The notes beneath the pieces were generated by a model. The model had not been told where the DNA came from. It searched no databases and worked only from the letters and a program-made list of their open reading frames with translations. From assembly GCA_003212195.1 (NCBI GenBank), contig QCQM01000001.1, forward strand, positions 42,378-106,377: a stretch of DNA of 64,000 nucleotides. The letters run 5' to 3'. This document shows, one piece after another, positions 54,190 to 62,718 of the stretch. The stretch is from Prochlorococcus sp. AG-449-O05. GTDB lineage: Bacteria > Cyanobacteriota > Cyanobacteriia > PCC-6307 > Cyanobiaceae. The position numbers and the translations under genes are program-made. Position 1 is the first letter of the stretch. Every line of letters begins with the position of its first letter.

Positions 54190-54909
54190 ATGATAAATTC
54201 GATCAAAAACGAAAAAACTATAGGGATTACTGGAGCCTCAGGTGCGCTAGGGAAAGAATTAACAAAGTTGTTTCGTCAAAAAGGGTATAAAGTGATTGGA
54301 TTTACTCATAGTAAAAATAATTATGAAAAAAATCCTGAATCTCCAAATGAATGGTTTAAATGGGAATGTGGGAAGGAGTGGTCATTAAAAAAACAATTAG
54401 AAAAGATAGATATCTTAATTTTGAACCATGGTATCTATGATTTGAGTAGAGAAAATTCCAATTATGAAAACTCAATAGAGATAAATGCATTAAGCAAATT
54501 TAAATTCTTAAATTTATTTGAAAATATTGCTCTAAAAAGTGATTCACTAATAAAAAAAGAGATTTGGATAAACACATCTGAAGCAGAACTATTACCAGCC
54601 CTAAATCCGTCATATGAGATTAGTAAATCACTTATTGGTCAATTAGTTTCTTTCAAAAAAAATCTGATGGACAAAAATACAAGGAAAAAATTAACAATAA
54701 AAAAAATCATCTTAGGGCCTTTTAAATCAGAACTAAATCCTATCGGAATAATGAGTCCAAAATTTGTTTCAAAAAAGATTTATGATTTAGCTAATTCAAA
54801 AAATTATTTAATAATAATTAGTCCAAACCCATTAACATACCTACTTTTTCCATTGAAAGAATTTTTCAATTTTTTGTATTGCCGAATTATCAATAAGTAC
54901 AAATCTTAA
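54190..54909 (+). CDS. SDR-family oxidoreductase
   Basis: TGASGALG, LILNHG, NTSEAE, YEISK and LGPFKS. Confidence 0.85.
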   Translation: MINSIKNEKTIGITGASGALGKELTKLFRQKGYKVIGFTHSKNNYEKNPESPNEWFKWECGKEWSLKKQLEKIDILILNHGIYDLSRENSNYENSIEINALSKFKFLNLFENIALKSDSLIKKEIWINTSEAELLPALNPSYEISKSLIGQLVSFKKNLMDKNTRKKLTIKKIILGPFKSELNPIGIMSPKFVSKKIYDLANSKNYLIIISPNPLTYLLFPLKEFFNFLYCRIINKYKS

Positions 54910-54912
54910 TTT

Positions 54913-55752
54913 CTAGAAATCTCTATCTGTCAATATTTCAATACCATCTTTTAAGACAACTATTGTATGCTCCCATTGAGCCGATAATTTTCCATCCTGT
55001 GTTATTACGGTCCATCTGTCATTTAATGTTTTACAAAATTTAGTCCCTTCATTAACAATAGGTTCCACAGCTAATGTCATTCCTTCACGAAGGACGACGT
55101 TGGGCAATTCTTTGGTCCGAAAATTAAATACTGATGGTTCTTCATGAAGATTTCTTCCAACTCCATGACCTGTATAGTCTTCCACAACACTAAAGCCATT
55201 TTTTAAAACAATATCTTCGATTTCCCCAGCCACATCTAGAAGTGTATTCCCTGCTTTAATTTTCGAAAGACCTGCATACAATGCCTTATAAGCTACATCA
55301 CTAAGATTTTGAGCCTTTGAACAAACCTCTCCTACACAAATTGATATGCAACTGTCCCCATGGAAGCCATCTAAATATGCTCCTGTATCAATCTTAACTA
55401 AGTCACCATTTTTAATTATTTTATTTTTATTTGGTATTCCATGAACAACCTCATTATTAATACTAGAACAAATACTAGAGGGGAAACCATGGTAACCCTT
55501 AAAACTCGGAACCGCTCCAAAACTTTTTATCCTCTTTTCTGCGAAATCATCTAAGTCTTTTGTGCTCATTCCAGGTTGAATTAAGTCATTAATTTCTCTC
55601 AAAACAGTTGCTACAATCCTGCTGGATTTTTTCATCAAATTTATTTCACGTGAAGACTTTATTTCTATTCCTCTTCTTCTCTGAATAAAAGGAACTTGAT
55701 CATTAGCCTTGGAATTATTTTTATTTAACAAAAGATCTGCAAAATGTCTCAT
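54913..55752 (-). CDS. map: Methionine aminopeptidase type I
   Basis: CSSINNEVVHGIP, KIDTG, GDS, GHGVG..LHEEP and SAQWEHT. Confidence 0.96.
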   Translation of the reverse strand: MRHFADLLLNKNNSKANDQVPFIQRRRGIEIKSSREINLMKKSSRIVATVLREINDLIQPGMSTKDLDDFAEKRIKSFGAVPSFKGYHGFPSSICSSINNEVVHGIPNKNKIIKNGDLVKIDTGAYLDGFHGDSCISICVGEVCSKAQNLSDVAYKALYAGLSKIKAGNTLLDVAGEIEDIVLKNGFSVVEDYTGHGVGRNLHEEPSVFNFRTKELPNVVLREGMTLAVEPIVNEGTKFCKTLNDRWTVITQDGKLSAQWEHTIVVLKDGIEILTDRDF

Positions 55753-55785
55753 TGGAATAAATAATAGTAATAGGTAAATATCTTC

Positions 55786-55814
55786 AAAATAGCCATTATG
55801 GTCTTGGCTATTTT
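55786..55814. repeat. Inverted repeat AAAATAGCCA-N9-TGGCTATTTT between divergent genes
   Basis: Perfect 10-bp arms at 55786-55795 and 55805-55814. Confidence 0.8.
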
Positions 55815-55847
55815 AAATCTATCAATAACAATTGGAAAGAAACAAAA

Positions 55848-56156
55848 ATGAAAAGTTTATTTAATTCTAGGCAATTTCATAAGGCTTTGGCGCCTTGGGT
55901 TTTTCTTCCATTATTTATATCTTCAATTACCGGCCTTCTCTATAGGGTTTCAAAAGATTTATTAGGTTACTCTAGAGAACAAGTTCATTGGTTAATGTCT
56001 CTCCATGAGGGCGAGTGGCTTGGCGATAATGGGGAATTAATATATGTAATATTGAATTCCCTTGGAGTTTTATGGATGCTCATAACGGGATTCCAAATGT
56101 TTTCAAAAACAATTTCATTTACCAAAAAGGTTACTAAAGGCGAGTCAAAAGGTTAA
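55848..56156 (+). CDS. Small PepSY-associated-TM-like membrane protein
   Basis: RQFHK..A....PL....ITG, LHEG.W and ITG pattern with TM helices. Confidence 0.7.
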   Translation: MKSLFNSRQFHKALAPWVFLPLFISSITGLLYRVSKDLLGYSREQVHWLMSLHEGEWLGDNGELIYVILNSLGVLWMLITGFQMFSKTISFTKKVTKGESKG

Positions 56157-56189
56157 GATATAAGACTTGTAGGATAAAAAAAGACCAAA

Positions 56190-56660
56190 ATGGCCAAAGA
56201 GAAACAAGAGAAGGACTTAGAAACCGTTATTAATACTGATGCATCAGTTGATGTAGCAGTTGAACAAAAAGAAAAAAAGTTGGTTTCTGAAACTACGCAA
56301 ACCTTAAGCGCATCCAATCTTATTAAGGAATTTGAGAATGAACAATTAAAAAAAGAATTACCTGAAATATATGTTGGGGACACTGTTAAAGTTGGTGTTA
56401 AAATTACGGAAGGTAATAAAGAAAGAGTCCAACCTTATGAAGGCGTTGTCATAGCAAAAAGGCATGGAGGTATTAACCAGACTATTACAGTTAGAAGAAT
56501 TTTTCAGGGCATAGGAGTTGAAAGAGTATTTATGCTACATAGTCCACAGGTTGCCTCTCTAAAAGTTGAACGTAGAGGTAAAGTAAGAAGAGCTAAATTA
56601 TTCTATCTGAGAGATAGAGTAGGAAAAGCTACCCGCGTAAAACAACGCTTTGATCGATAA
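56190..56660 (+). CDS. rplS: 50S ribosomal protein L19
   Basis: [18 protein letters not shown] and [14 protein letters not shown]; charged N-terminal extension. Confidence 0.97.
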   Translation: MAKEKQEKDLETVINTDASVDVAVEQKEKKLVSETTQTLSASNLIKEFENEQLKKELPEIYVGDTVKVGVKITEGNKERVQPYEGVVIAKRHGGINQTITVRRIFQGIGVERVFMLHSPQVASLKVERRGKVRRAKLFYLRDRVGKATRVKQRFDR

Positions 56661-56713
56661 AGTTGTAAACTAATCAACTTATTGGTCGCAAAGACGCTTA
56701 TAATTATTTAAAT

Positions 56714-56786
56714 GCGTCGTTAGTTCAGTTGGTAGAACGCAGGTCTCCAAAACCTGATGTCGGGGGTTCAAGTCCTCCACGACGCG
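56714..56786 (+). tRNA. trnW: tRNA-Trp (CCA)
   Basis: Acceptor stem GCGTCGT/ACGACGC, anticodon arm CAGGT-CTCCAAA-ACCTG, T-loop GGTTCAAGTCC; 3' CCA not encoded. Confidence 0.96.
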
Positions 56787-56820
56787 TTTGATCAACATTA
56801 TGTAAATCATTTTTCATAAG

Positions 56821-57015
56821 ATGGAGTTAGATCTTCAACCTGGGGACGTAGTTAAAGTCCTCGAATCAGCAGCTTTAGGATGGGTTCGTGCAAGAGTTAT
56901 CAGAGTTAAGTCTGGTGGGAGAGTTGTCGTACAAAGTGACCAAGGCAGAGAATTCACTGCTAGAGGCAATCAAGTTAGGTTGATAGAACCTGCTGGTTTT
57001 AGACCTCAAAAATAA
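56821..57015 (+). CDS. hcp: Prochlorococcus/Synechococcus hyperconserved protein (PSHCP)
   Basis: MELDLQPGDVVKVLESAALGWVRARVIRVKSGGRVVVQSDQGREF recognised; lies between tRNA-Trp and tRNA-Asp. Confidence 0.9.
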   Translation: MELDLQPGDVVKVLESAALGWVRARVIRVKSGGRVVVQSDQGREFTARGNQVRLIEPAGFRPQK

Positions 57016-57164
57016 ATAGTTGTTTATACTATGGCAGTTGAAAAACTAATTATTTCTGTAAATCCTCAAATTAATAAATTTTTTTTATTACAACCCCATA
57101 AATTAAGTATTATGATCTGATAATTTTAAGAATGAAGTTCTAAATAAATTTAGAACAAAACTAT

Positions 57165-57238
57165 GGGACCGTAGTTCAACTGGTTAGAGCACCGCCCTGT
57201 CACGGCGGAAGTTGCGGGTTCGAATCCCGTCGGTCCCG
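57165..57238 (+). tRNA. trnD: tRNA-Asp (GTC)
   Basis: Acceptor stem GGGACCG/CGGTCCC, anticodon arm CCGCC-CTGTCAC-GGCGG, T-loop GGTTCGAATCC. Confidence 0.96.
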
Positions 57239-57255
57239 TTTTTTCTAAACAAAAT

Positions 57256-58686
57256 TTGGAAAAACGTTTAAGACTAGCCCCAAGTCCAACGGGTTTATTT
57301 CATATTGGGACAGCGCGAACAGCACTATTCAATTGGTTGTATGCGCAAAAAATAGATGGAAAATTTCTTATCAGAATAGAAGATACAGATTTTCTTCGAT
57401 CTAAATCTGAATATACAAAAAATATATTAGAGGGCTTGAAATGGCTTGGACTTAAATGGGATGAAGAACCTATAAAGCAAAGTGACCGTATATCGATTCA
57501 CAAAAGTTATATCAAAAAGCTATTGGAATGTGGAGCTGCATATAGGTGCTTCACAACAGAAGATGAAATATCTAAGTTAAGAGAAGAACAAAAAAAGAAA
57601 GGATTGCCTCCAAAGCATGATAATAGACACAGAAGTCTTTCAAAAGAAGAAATAGAAACATTCATATCCCAAGGGAGGACTTCAGTAATAAGGTTTAAGA
57701 TTGATGAAAAAATTGAAATTAAATGGGTAGATCAGATAAGAGGCGAAATCAAATGGCAAGGGAAGGATTTGGGTGGTGATTTAGTTTTGTCAAGAAGGGC
57801 TAAGGGATACGAGATTGGAGATCCTTTGTATAATCTTGCAGTTGTAGTTGATGATAATTTCATGAATATTACTCATGTTGTAAGGGGTGAAGACCATATC
57901 TCGAACACTGCAAAACAAATATTGATTTATAAAGCTTTAAATTTTAATTTGCCAACTTTTTCGCATACACCCTTAATACTAAATAGCAAAGGGAAAAAAT
58001 TATCTAAGAGAGATTGCGTTACTTCAATCGACGAATTTAGAGAAATGGGATATTTACCTGAGGCCTTATCGAACTATATGGCCTTTTTAGGTTGGTCTCC
58101 AAAATCTGCTGAAAGAGAAATACTTTCACTTGAAGAGATATCTGAAATTTTTGACTTATCAGAAATAAATAAAGCTGGAGCCAAATTCAGTTGGGAAAAA
58201 CTCAACTGGATTAATTCTCAATATATAAAAAATATGGAATCAATAAAGTTAAGTCAGATCATTTGTAAATACTGGGATGACAATGGTTGGGAGCCGCCAT
58301 CTCAAGAATGGGCTTATAAATTAGTAATTTTGATTAGAGACTCTATGATTCTTTTAAAAGATTCAATTGATCAATCAAAACCATTTTTCTTAATACCTAC
58401 AATTCAAAAAGAAGGTCAAGATTTTCTGGAAAATAAAGATAGCAAATTATCTCTAAAACTAATCTTAAATTATTTAATTGAACAAAATACTCTTAATCTA
58501 AAGAAAGAGAAAGCTAGAGAAATAATAAACGAAATCTCAAAAAAGCATAATATTAAAAAAGGGATATTAATGAAATCATTAAGAATAGCCTTTTTTGGAT
58601 CTCTCAGTGGGCCAGATTTAATTCAAAGTTGGGAGCTTTTTGCAGAGAGTAAAACTGATAGATCTCGAATTGAAAGATGTCTTTAA
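57256..58686 (+). CDS. gltX: Glutamate--tRNA ligase
   Basis: RLAPSPTGLFHIG (HIGH-type), RIEDTD, RGEDH and KLSKR. Confidence 0.96.
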   Translation: MEKRLRLAPSPTGLFHIGTARTALFNWLYAQKIDGKFLIRIEDTDFLRSKSEYTKNILEGLKWLGLKWDEEPIKQSDRISIHKSYIKKLLECGAAYRCFTTEDEISKLREEQKKKGLPPKHDNRHRSLSKEEIETFISQGRTSVIRFKIDEKIEIKWVDQIRGEIKWQGKDLGGDLVLSRRAKGYEIGDPLYNLAVVVDDNFMNITHVVRGEDHISNTAKQILIYKALNFNLPTFSHTPLILNSKGKKLSKRDCVTSIDEFREMGYLPEALSNYMAFLGWSPKSAEREILSLEEISEIFDLSEINKAGAKFSWEKLNWINSQYIKNMESIKLSQIICKYWDDNGWEPPSQEWAYKLVILIRDSMILLKDSIDQSKPFFLIPTIQKEGQDFLENKDSKLSLKLILNYLIEQNTLNLKKEKAREIINEISKKHNIKKGILMKSLRIAFFGSLSGPDLIQSWELFAESKTDRSRIERCL

Positions 58687-59892
58687 TCAAGCTAAATTAT
58701 TTTTTTGGCCTAATTCAAGCCTATTTGCCAAAGGTTTAGCTGAAAGACCTTGAATTCCTACTGTCATTAATATAGTAAGAAAAACTAAACCTTGAAGACG
58801 GCCAGCCCCAAGGATGCCAGCCTGCTCTAATCTAATAGAAAAAAGAGAAGCTACCGCTGCAGTAACAATACCTCTTGGGGCTAACCAGGCTAAAAATACT
58901 TTTTCTTTTAAGTTAAGTTCTCTTCCCATTGTTGCTATCCAGATAGAGATAGGGCGAACAATAACCATCAACATAAATACGCAAACAACCCCTCCCCAGC
59001 CAAGCGGACTTAATTCACCCCAAGAAACGTCAGCGGCCAAAAGAGGGAAAAGAACTGTAATTGCTAATTGAGCTAATTCACCTATTAGATTATCCAATCT
59101 CTCCTTATCTATAACTTCTCTTTTCCCTACGACAAAACCTGCCGCGACAGAAGCAGGCAAGCCTGATTCTGGTAAAAAATATTCGCAAATTCCATAGACA
59201 AGGAAAATAAATCCAAGGGTAACTTGAAGCTCTATACCAAATGAAGCTTCATTTTTTATTTTTTTTAAAATTTCTGATAGTAACCATCCTGCAGTTAATC
59301 CTATTAAGACTCCTCCCCCTAATCTTTGCATTAATGCAATAAATACATCATTAATTCCACGTAGGTCCCCTAAAGTCAGTTCTAAAAGCAGTAATGCCAG
59401 TACTGCACCAATTGGTTCGAGCAACAACCCCTCTGCTTTCAAAACTTCCGAAAGAGGGGAAGCTAATTTTATTTGTTCTACTAATGGAGAGACAACTGTT
59501 GGTCCAGTAGCTAGAACGATGGCACTATATATTCCAGCAACTTGCCATGAGAGGCCTGCCAACCAATGTGCAATAAAAATTCCAGCTGATAATGAAATAA
59601 AAAGTCTTACCAATGAAATTTTCAAAACAGTATTTCTTATATTCCCTTCAGGTAGTTTTAAATTTAGTCCCCCTTCAAATAGAACCAAACAGACTAAAAG
59701 CCCAACAATAGTTTCAAGCCCTTGCCCGAGATCTAAAGGCTCAACCAGTCCTAAACCTGATCTACCTATGAATAATCCAGAAAGCAATAAAATAACAACA
59801 CTTGGGAATCCTGTAAAAGAAGAAAATAATCGAGCAAAAGCACCTGCAAATACAGTTATTCCCCAAAGTAATCCAAGCCTTTCAGGCGTCAT
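58687..59892 (-). CDS. CPA1-family Na+/H+ antiporter
   Basis: Many TMs; LFEGGL.L, ATGPTV, AEG and APRGIVTAAVA. Confidence 0.88.
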   Translation of the reverse strand: MTPERLGLLWGITVFAGAFARLFSSFTGFPSVVILLLSGLFIGRSGLGLVEPLDLGQGLETIVGLLVCLVLFEGGLNLKLPEGNIRNTVLKISLVRLFISLSAGIFIAHWLAGLSWQVAGIYSAIVLATGPTVVSPLVEQIKLASPLSEVLKAEGLLLEPIGAVLALLLLELTLGDLRGINDVFIALMQRLGGGVLIGLTAGWLLSEILKKIKNEASFGIELQVTLGFIFLVYGICEYFLPESGLPASVAAGFVVGKREVIDKERLDNLIGELAQLAITVLFPLLAADVSWGELSPLGWGGVVCVFMLMVIVRPISIWIATMGRELNLKEKVFLAWLAPRGIVTAAVASLFSIRLEQAGILGAGRLQGLVFLTILMTVGIQGLSAKPLANRLELGQKNNLA

Positions 59893-60054
59893 AAATAATT
59901 ATAAATAATAGAAATATTTATTATTTTGATTAAATCAATAATAGTATCTGAAGTCCAATAAATACAATACTTTTTAATTTAATTAATCAGCTTAACAAGA
60001 GTAATTTTTATTAAATCTTTAAAACTACTTTTAAAAAAATTAATTTTATTTCTC

Positions 60055-60231
60055 TTAAGAAAACTGGCTTATAAAAGCAATAATTATAAAAATAATTCCT
60101 ATACCAACAGTTGCCATCCTTCCATTCCATATTTCAGCTTGAGGGGTAAAACCTCTTTTCCACAAATTTAGTTCCTTTTTATCAACCAAGTTTTTTGTCT
60201 CTTTAATCTCGATTTTAGGTTGTTTGTTCAT
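60055..60231 (-). CDS. hli: High-light-inducible protein (58 aa)
   Basis: Hand-translated MNKQPKIEIKETKNLVDKKELNLWKRGFTPQAEIWNGRMATVGIGIIFIIIAFISQFS; ExxNGRxA motif. Confidence 0.92.
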   Translation of the reverse strand: MNKQPKIEIKETKNLVDKKELNLWKRGFTPQAEIWNGRMATVGIGIIFIIIAFISQFS

Positions 60232-60236
60232 TGAAA

Positions 60237-61307
60237 TTAGAAAGGAGGGTTTTCTTCATAAAGGGTATTTGCTTGTTCAATTGATAGTCTTCCCGCGACA
60301 CCTAATTTAAGGGAACTTAAATGATCCTTAAATTTGATTCTGAACAACGCCGCTGCTCCAATCATTGCCGCATTATCTGTACAAAGATCAAGAGGAGCTA
60401 AATGAACTTTAATAGATTTTTTACTAGCTTCACTAATCATCATTTTTCTTAATGTATTATTAGCAGCCACTCCCCCAACCACAACAACATTATCCAAGCT
60501 GTGATCTTCTGCGCATTTTATTGTTCTCTCTACCAAGACCTCCGCCACTACTCTCTCAAAACTTGCCGCAATATCTGAAATTGGAACGTTCTCCCCATTC
60601 AAATTTATTCTCTCAACTAATCTTAATACGGCAGTTTTTAGACCACTAAAAGAGAAGTCATATTTAAGAAATCCACCTTTTTTATCAGAGATCTTACATT
60701 TTGGCAAATTAAATTTCATTGGGTCCCCATTTTTTGCAATCTTTTCAATTGCCGGTCCTCCTGGATAACTAAGACCTAATAGTCTGCCAACTTTATCAAA
60801 GGCTTCTCCAGCAGCATCATCAAAACTTTTACCGAGTCTTTGCATCCCCCTTCTATCATCAACCTTTATCAATTCAGTATGCCCACCACTAACAAGTAAT
60901 GTAAGAAAAGATTTCTTTGGATAGTTCTCTGAAAATAGAATTGAAGATAAATGCCCCTCCAAATGATGAATTCCCAAAAACGGTTTTGAATGTAACATGC
61001 AAAGTGATCTTGCAGTTATAGAGCCAACTCGTAAACAACCAACTAATCCAGGAGCTACAGTTGACGCAATATAATCGACTTCCTCAATTTTAATTTTTGA
61101 TTCTTCTAAAGCCTTATCTAAAACAAAAGGTAATAACTCTAAATGCTTTCTAGCTGCAAGTTCAGGCACAACTCCTCCCCATTTTGAATGATCTTCAATT
61201 TGAGAAGCAATTACATTTGAATGTATTATGAAAGTATCGCCAATATTAGAAACTATTGAGACAGATGTCTCATCACAACTTGTTTCAATAGCTAAAACTT
61301 TATGCAT
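60237..61307 (-). CDS. tsaD: tRNA N6-threonylcarbamoyltransferase TsaD
   Basis: IETSCDET, GGVVPELAARKH, HHLEGH, VSGGHT, DDAAGEAFDK and TDNAAMI. Confidence 0.96.
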   Translation of the reverse strand: MHKVLAIETSCDETSVSIVSNIGDTFIIHSNVIASQIEDHSKWGGVVPELAARKHLELLPFVLDKALEESKIKIEEVDYIASTVAPGLVGCLRVGSITARSLCMLHSKPFLGIHHLEGHLSSILFSENYPKKSFLTLLVSGGHTELIKVDDRRGMQRLGKSFDDAAGEAFDKVGRLLGLSYPGGPAIEKIAKNGDPMKFNLPKCKISDKKGGFLKYDFSFSGLKTAVLRLVERINLNGENVPISDIAASFERVVAEVLVERTIKCAEDHSLDNVVVVGGVAANNTLRKMMISEASKKSIKVHLAPLDLCTDNAAMIGAAALFRIKFKDHLSSLKLGVAGRLSIEQANTLYEENPPF

Positions 61308-61382
61308 TTTTGATTCAACTTGTTTTATCTTAATATTAATTTCTTACTTAACACACTATAAAGGAATTAAAGATTGCAACTT

Positions 61383-61937
61383 ATGAAATTCTTTTTTTCA
61401 ATCATAACCTCAGCTTTTCTGTTCCTCGGAATTACTCCAATTGCTCTAGCTGCAAATGGTCCTGCCTTAAACGCAGACAGAGCTAGTACAGAATATACTG
61501 CTTCAGCTCTCACAAAATGCTCTGAGAATCCTAAATTCATTGAGAGAGCAAATTCTGCAACTACTCAAAAAGACATCGCAAGATTTGAAAGATATGGAAA
61601 AGCATCATGCGGAGATGATGGTCTTCCACATTTAATAATTGGACCGCCTCTTGAGCCATGGGGAGCCCTTTTAAATAGAGGTCATGAAGGAGATTTACTT
61701 ATTCCAGGAGTATTGTTCATTTACATTGCTGGAATTATAGGTTGGTCAGGAAGAGAGTATCTCATTGAATCAAAAAAGACTAAGAATCCAGCAGATCTTG
61801 AGATCATTATAGACCTAGACTTAGCCAGAAAATGTCTTGTAAAAGGAGCACAATGGCCTCTTCTTGCTAATAAACAAGGTAGAAATGGAGATTTAAGAGA
61901 GAAGGATAACAATATTACACTTAATGGCCCTCGCTAA
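61383..61937 (+). CDS. psaF: Photosystem I subunit III
   Basis: Signal peptide, RFERY, CGDDGLPHLI and IPGVLFIYIAGIIGWSGR; ATG 61383. Confidence 0.95.
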   Translation: MKFFFSIITSAFLFLGITPIALAANGPALNADRASTEYTASALTKCSENPKFIERANSATTQKDIARFERYGKASCGDDGLPHLIIGPPLEPWGALLNRGHEGDLLIPGVLFIYIAGIIGWSGREYLIESKKTKNPADLEIIIDLDLARKCLVKGAQWPLLANKQGRNGDLREKDNNITLNGPR

Positions 61938-61965
61938 TCATCCTTAAAAAACTTTCATAAAACAA

Positions 61966-62100
61966 ATGTTCAAAATTCTAAACACAAAATTTGTCAGATC
62001 TGCTCCTGTAGTAGCAGCAATTTGGCTAAGCCTTACAGCTGGAATAATTATTGAATTTAATAGGTTTTTCCCAGATTTATTATTCCATCCAATGAGTTGA
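61966..62100 (+). CDS. psaJ: Photosystem I subunit IX (44 aa)
   Basis: Hand-translated [44 protein letters not shown], directly after psaF. Confidence 0.95.
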   Translation: MFKILNTKFVRSAPVVAAIWLSLTAGIIIEFNRFFPDLLFHPMS

Positions 62101-62114
62101 TAAAGAGAAAATAA

Positions 62115-62669
62115 TCAAGTTTTTATTAACTTGATTATTTTTTTTGCTGTTTCATCAACATTATGATTTGTTAATGCAAAATCAAATTGATTTGATACTG
62201 AAATCTCATAATTAGCCCTTAAGAGTCTTTTTTTAATTGCCTCTTCTTTTTCTGTACCTCTATTTCTTATTCTTCTCTCTAACTCTTCTTTATCTGGGGG
62301 AAGTAAAAATATTGACAGTGAATTAGGAAACTTATTTTTTATTTGCCTTGCACCCTCCACTTCAATTTCAAGTAGCACGGTAAATCCCTTTTTTATTTTC
62401 TTATTAACGGAAGACAAAGGCGTTCCATAGTAGTTTCCAGCAAATTGAGCCCATTCAAGGAATAGGTTTTGTTCAATCATTTCTTTAAACTTTTCTTGAT
62501 TTAAGAAGTAGTAATTTTCTCCGTCCTTCTCTCCCTCTCTAGGTTCTCGAGTAGTTGCAGATATTGAAAGCCAAAAATTTTTTTCTTTACCTAATATTTC
62601 TTTGACAACTGTTCCTTTACCTACCCCGCTGGGTCCAGTAAGGATAATAAGTTTTTTTTGATTTTTCAT
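62115..62669 (-). CDS. gmk: Guanylate kinase
   Basis: GPSGVGKGT, SATTREPREGE, NYYGT and LEIEVEG. Confidence 0.96.
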   Translation of the reverse strand: MKNQKKLIILTGPSGVGKGTVVKEILGKEKNFWLSISATTREPREGEKDGENYYFLNQEKFKEMIEQNLFLEWAQFAGNYYGTPLSSVNKKIKKGFTVLLEIEVEGARQIKNKFPNSLSIFLLPPDKEELERRIRNRGTEKEEAIKKRLLRANYEISVSNQFDFALTNHNVDETAKKIIKLIKT

Positions 62670-62718
62670 ATTAAATTTTTTACAGTAAAATAAACTTCTT
62701 GTGAATTAAAAAGGAATA

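Noticed and set aside
56714-57238. tRNA genes as island integration sites
   Set aside because: I saw no duplicated tRNA 3' fragments or foreign genes next to them
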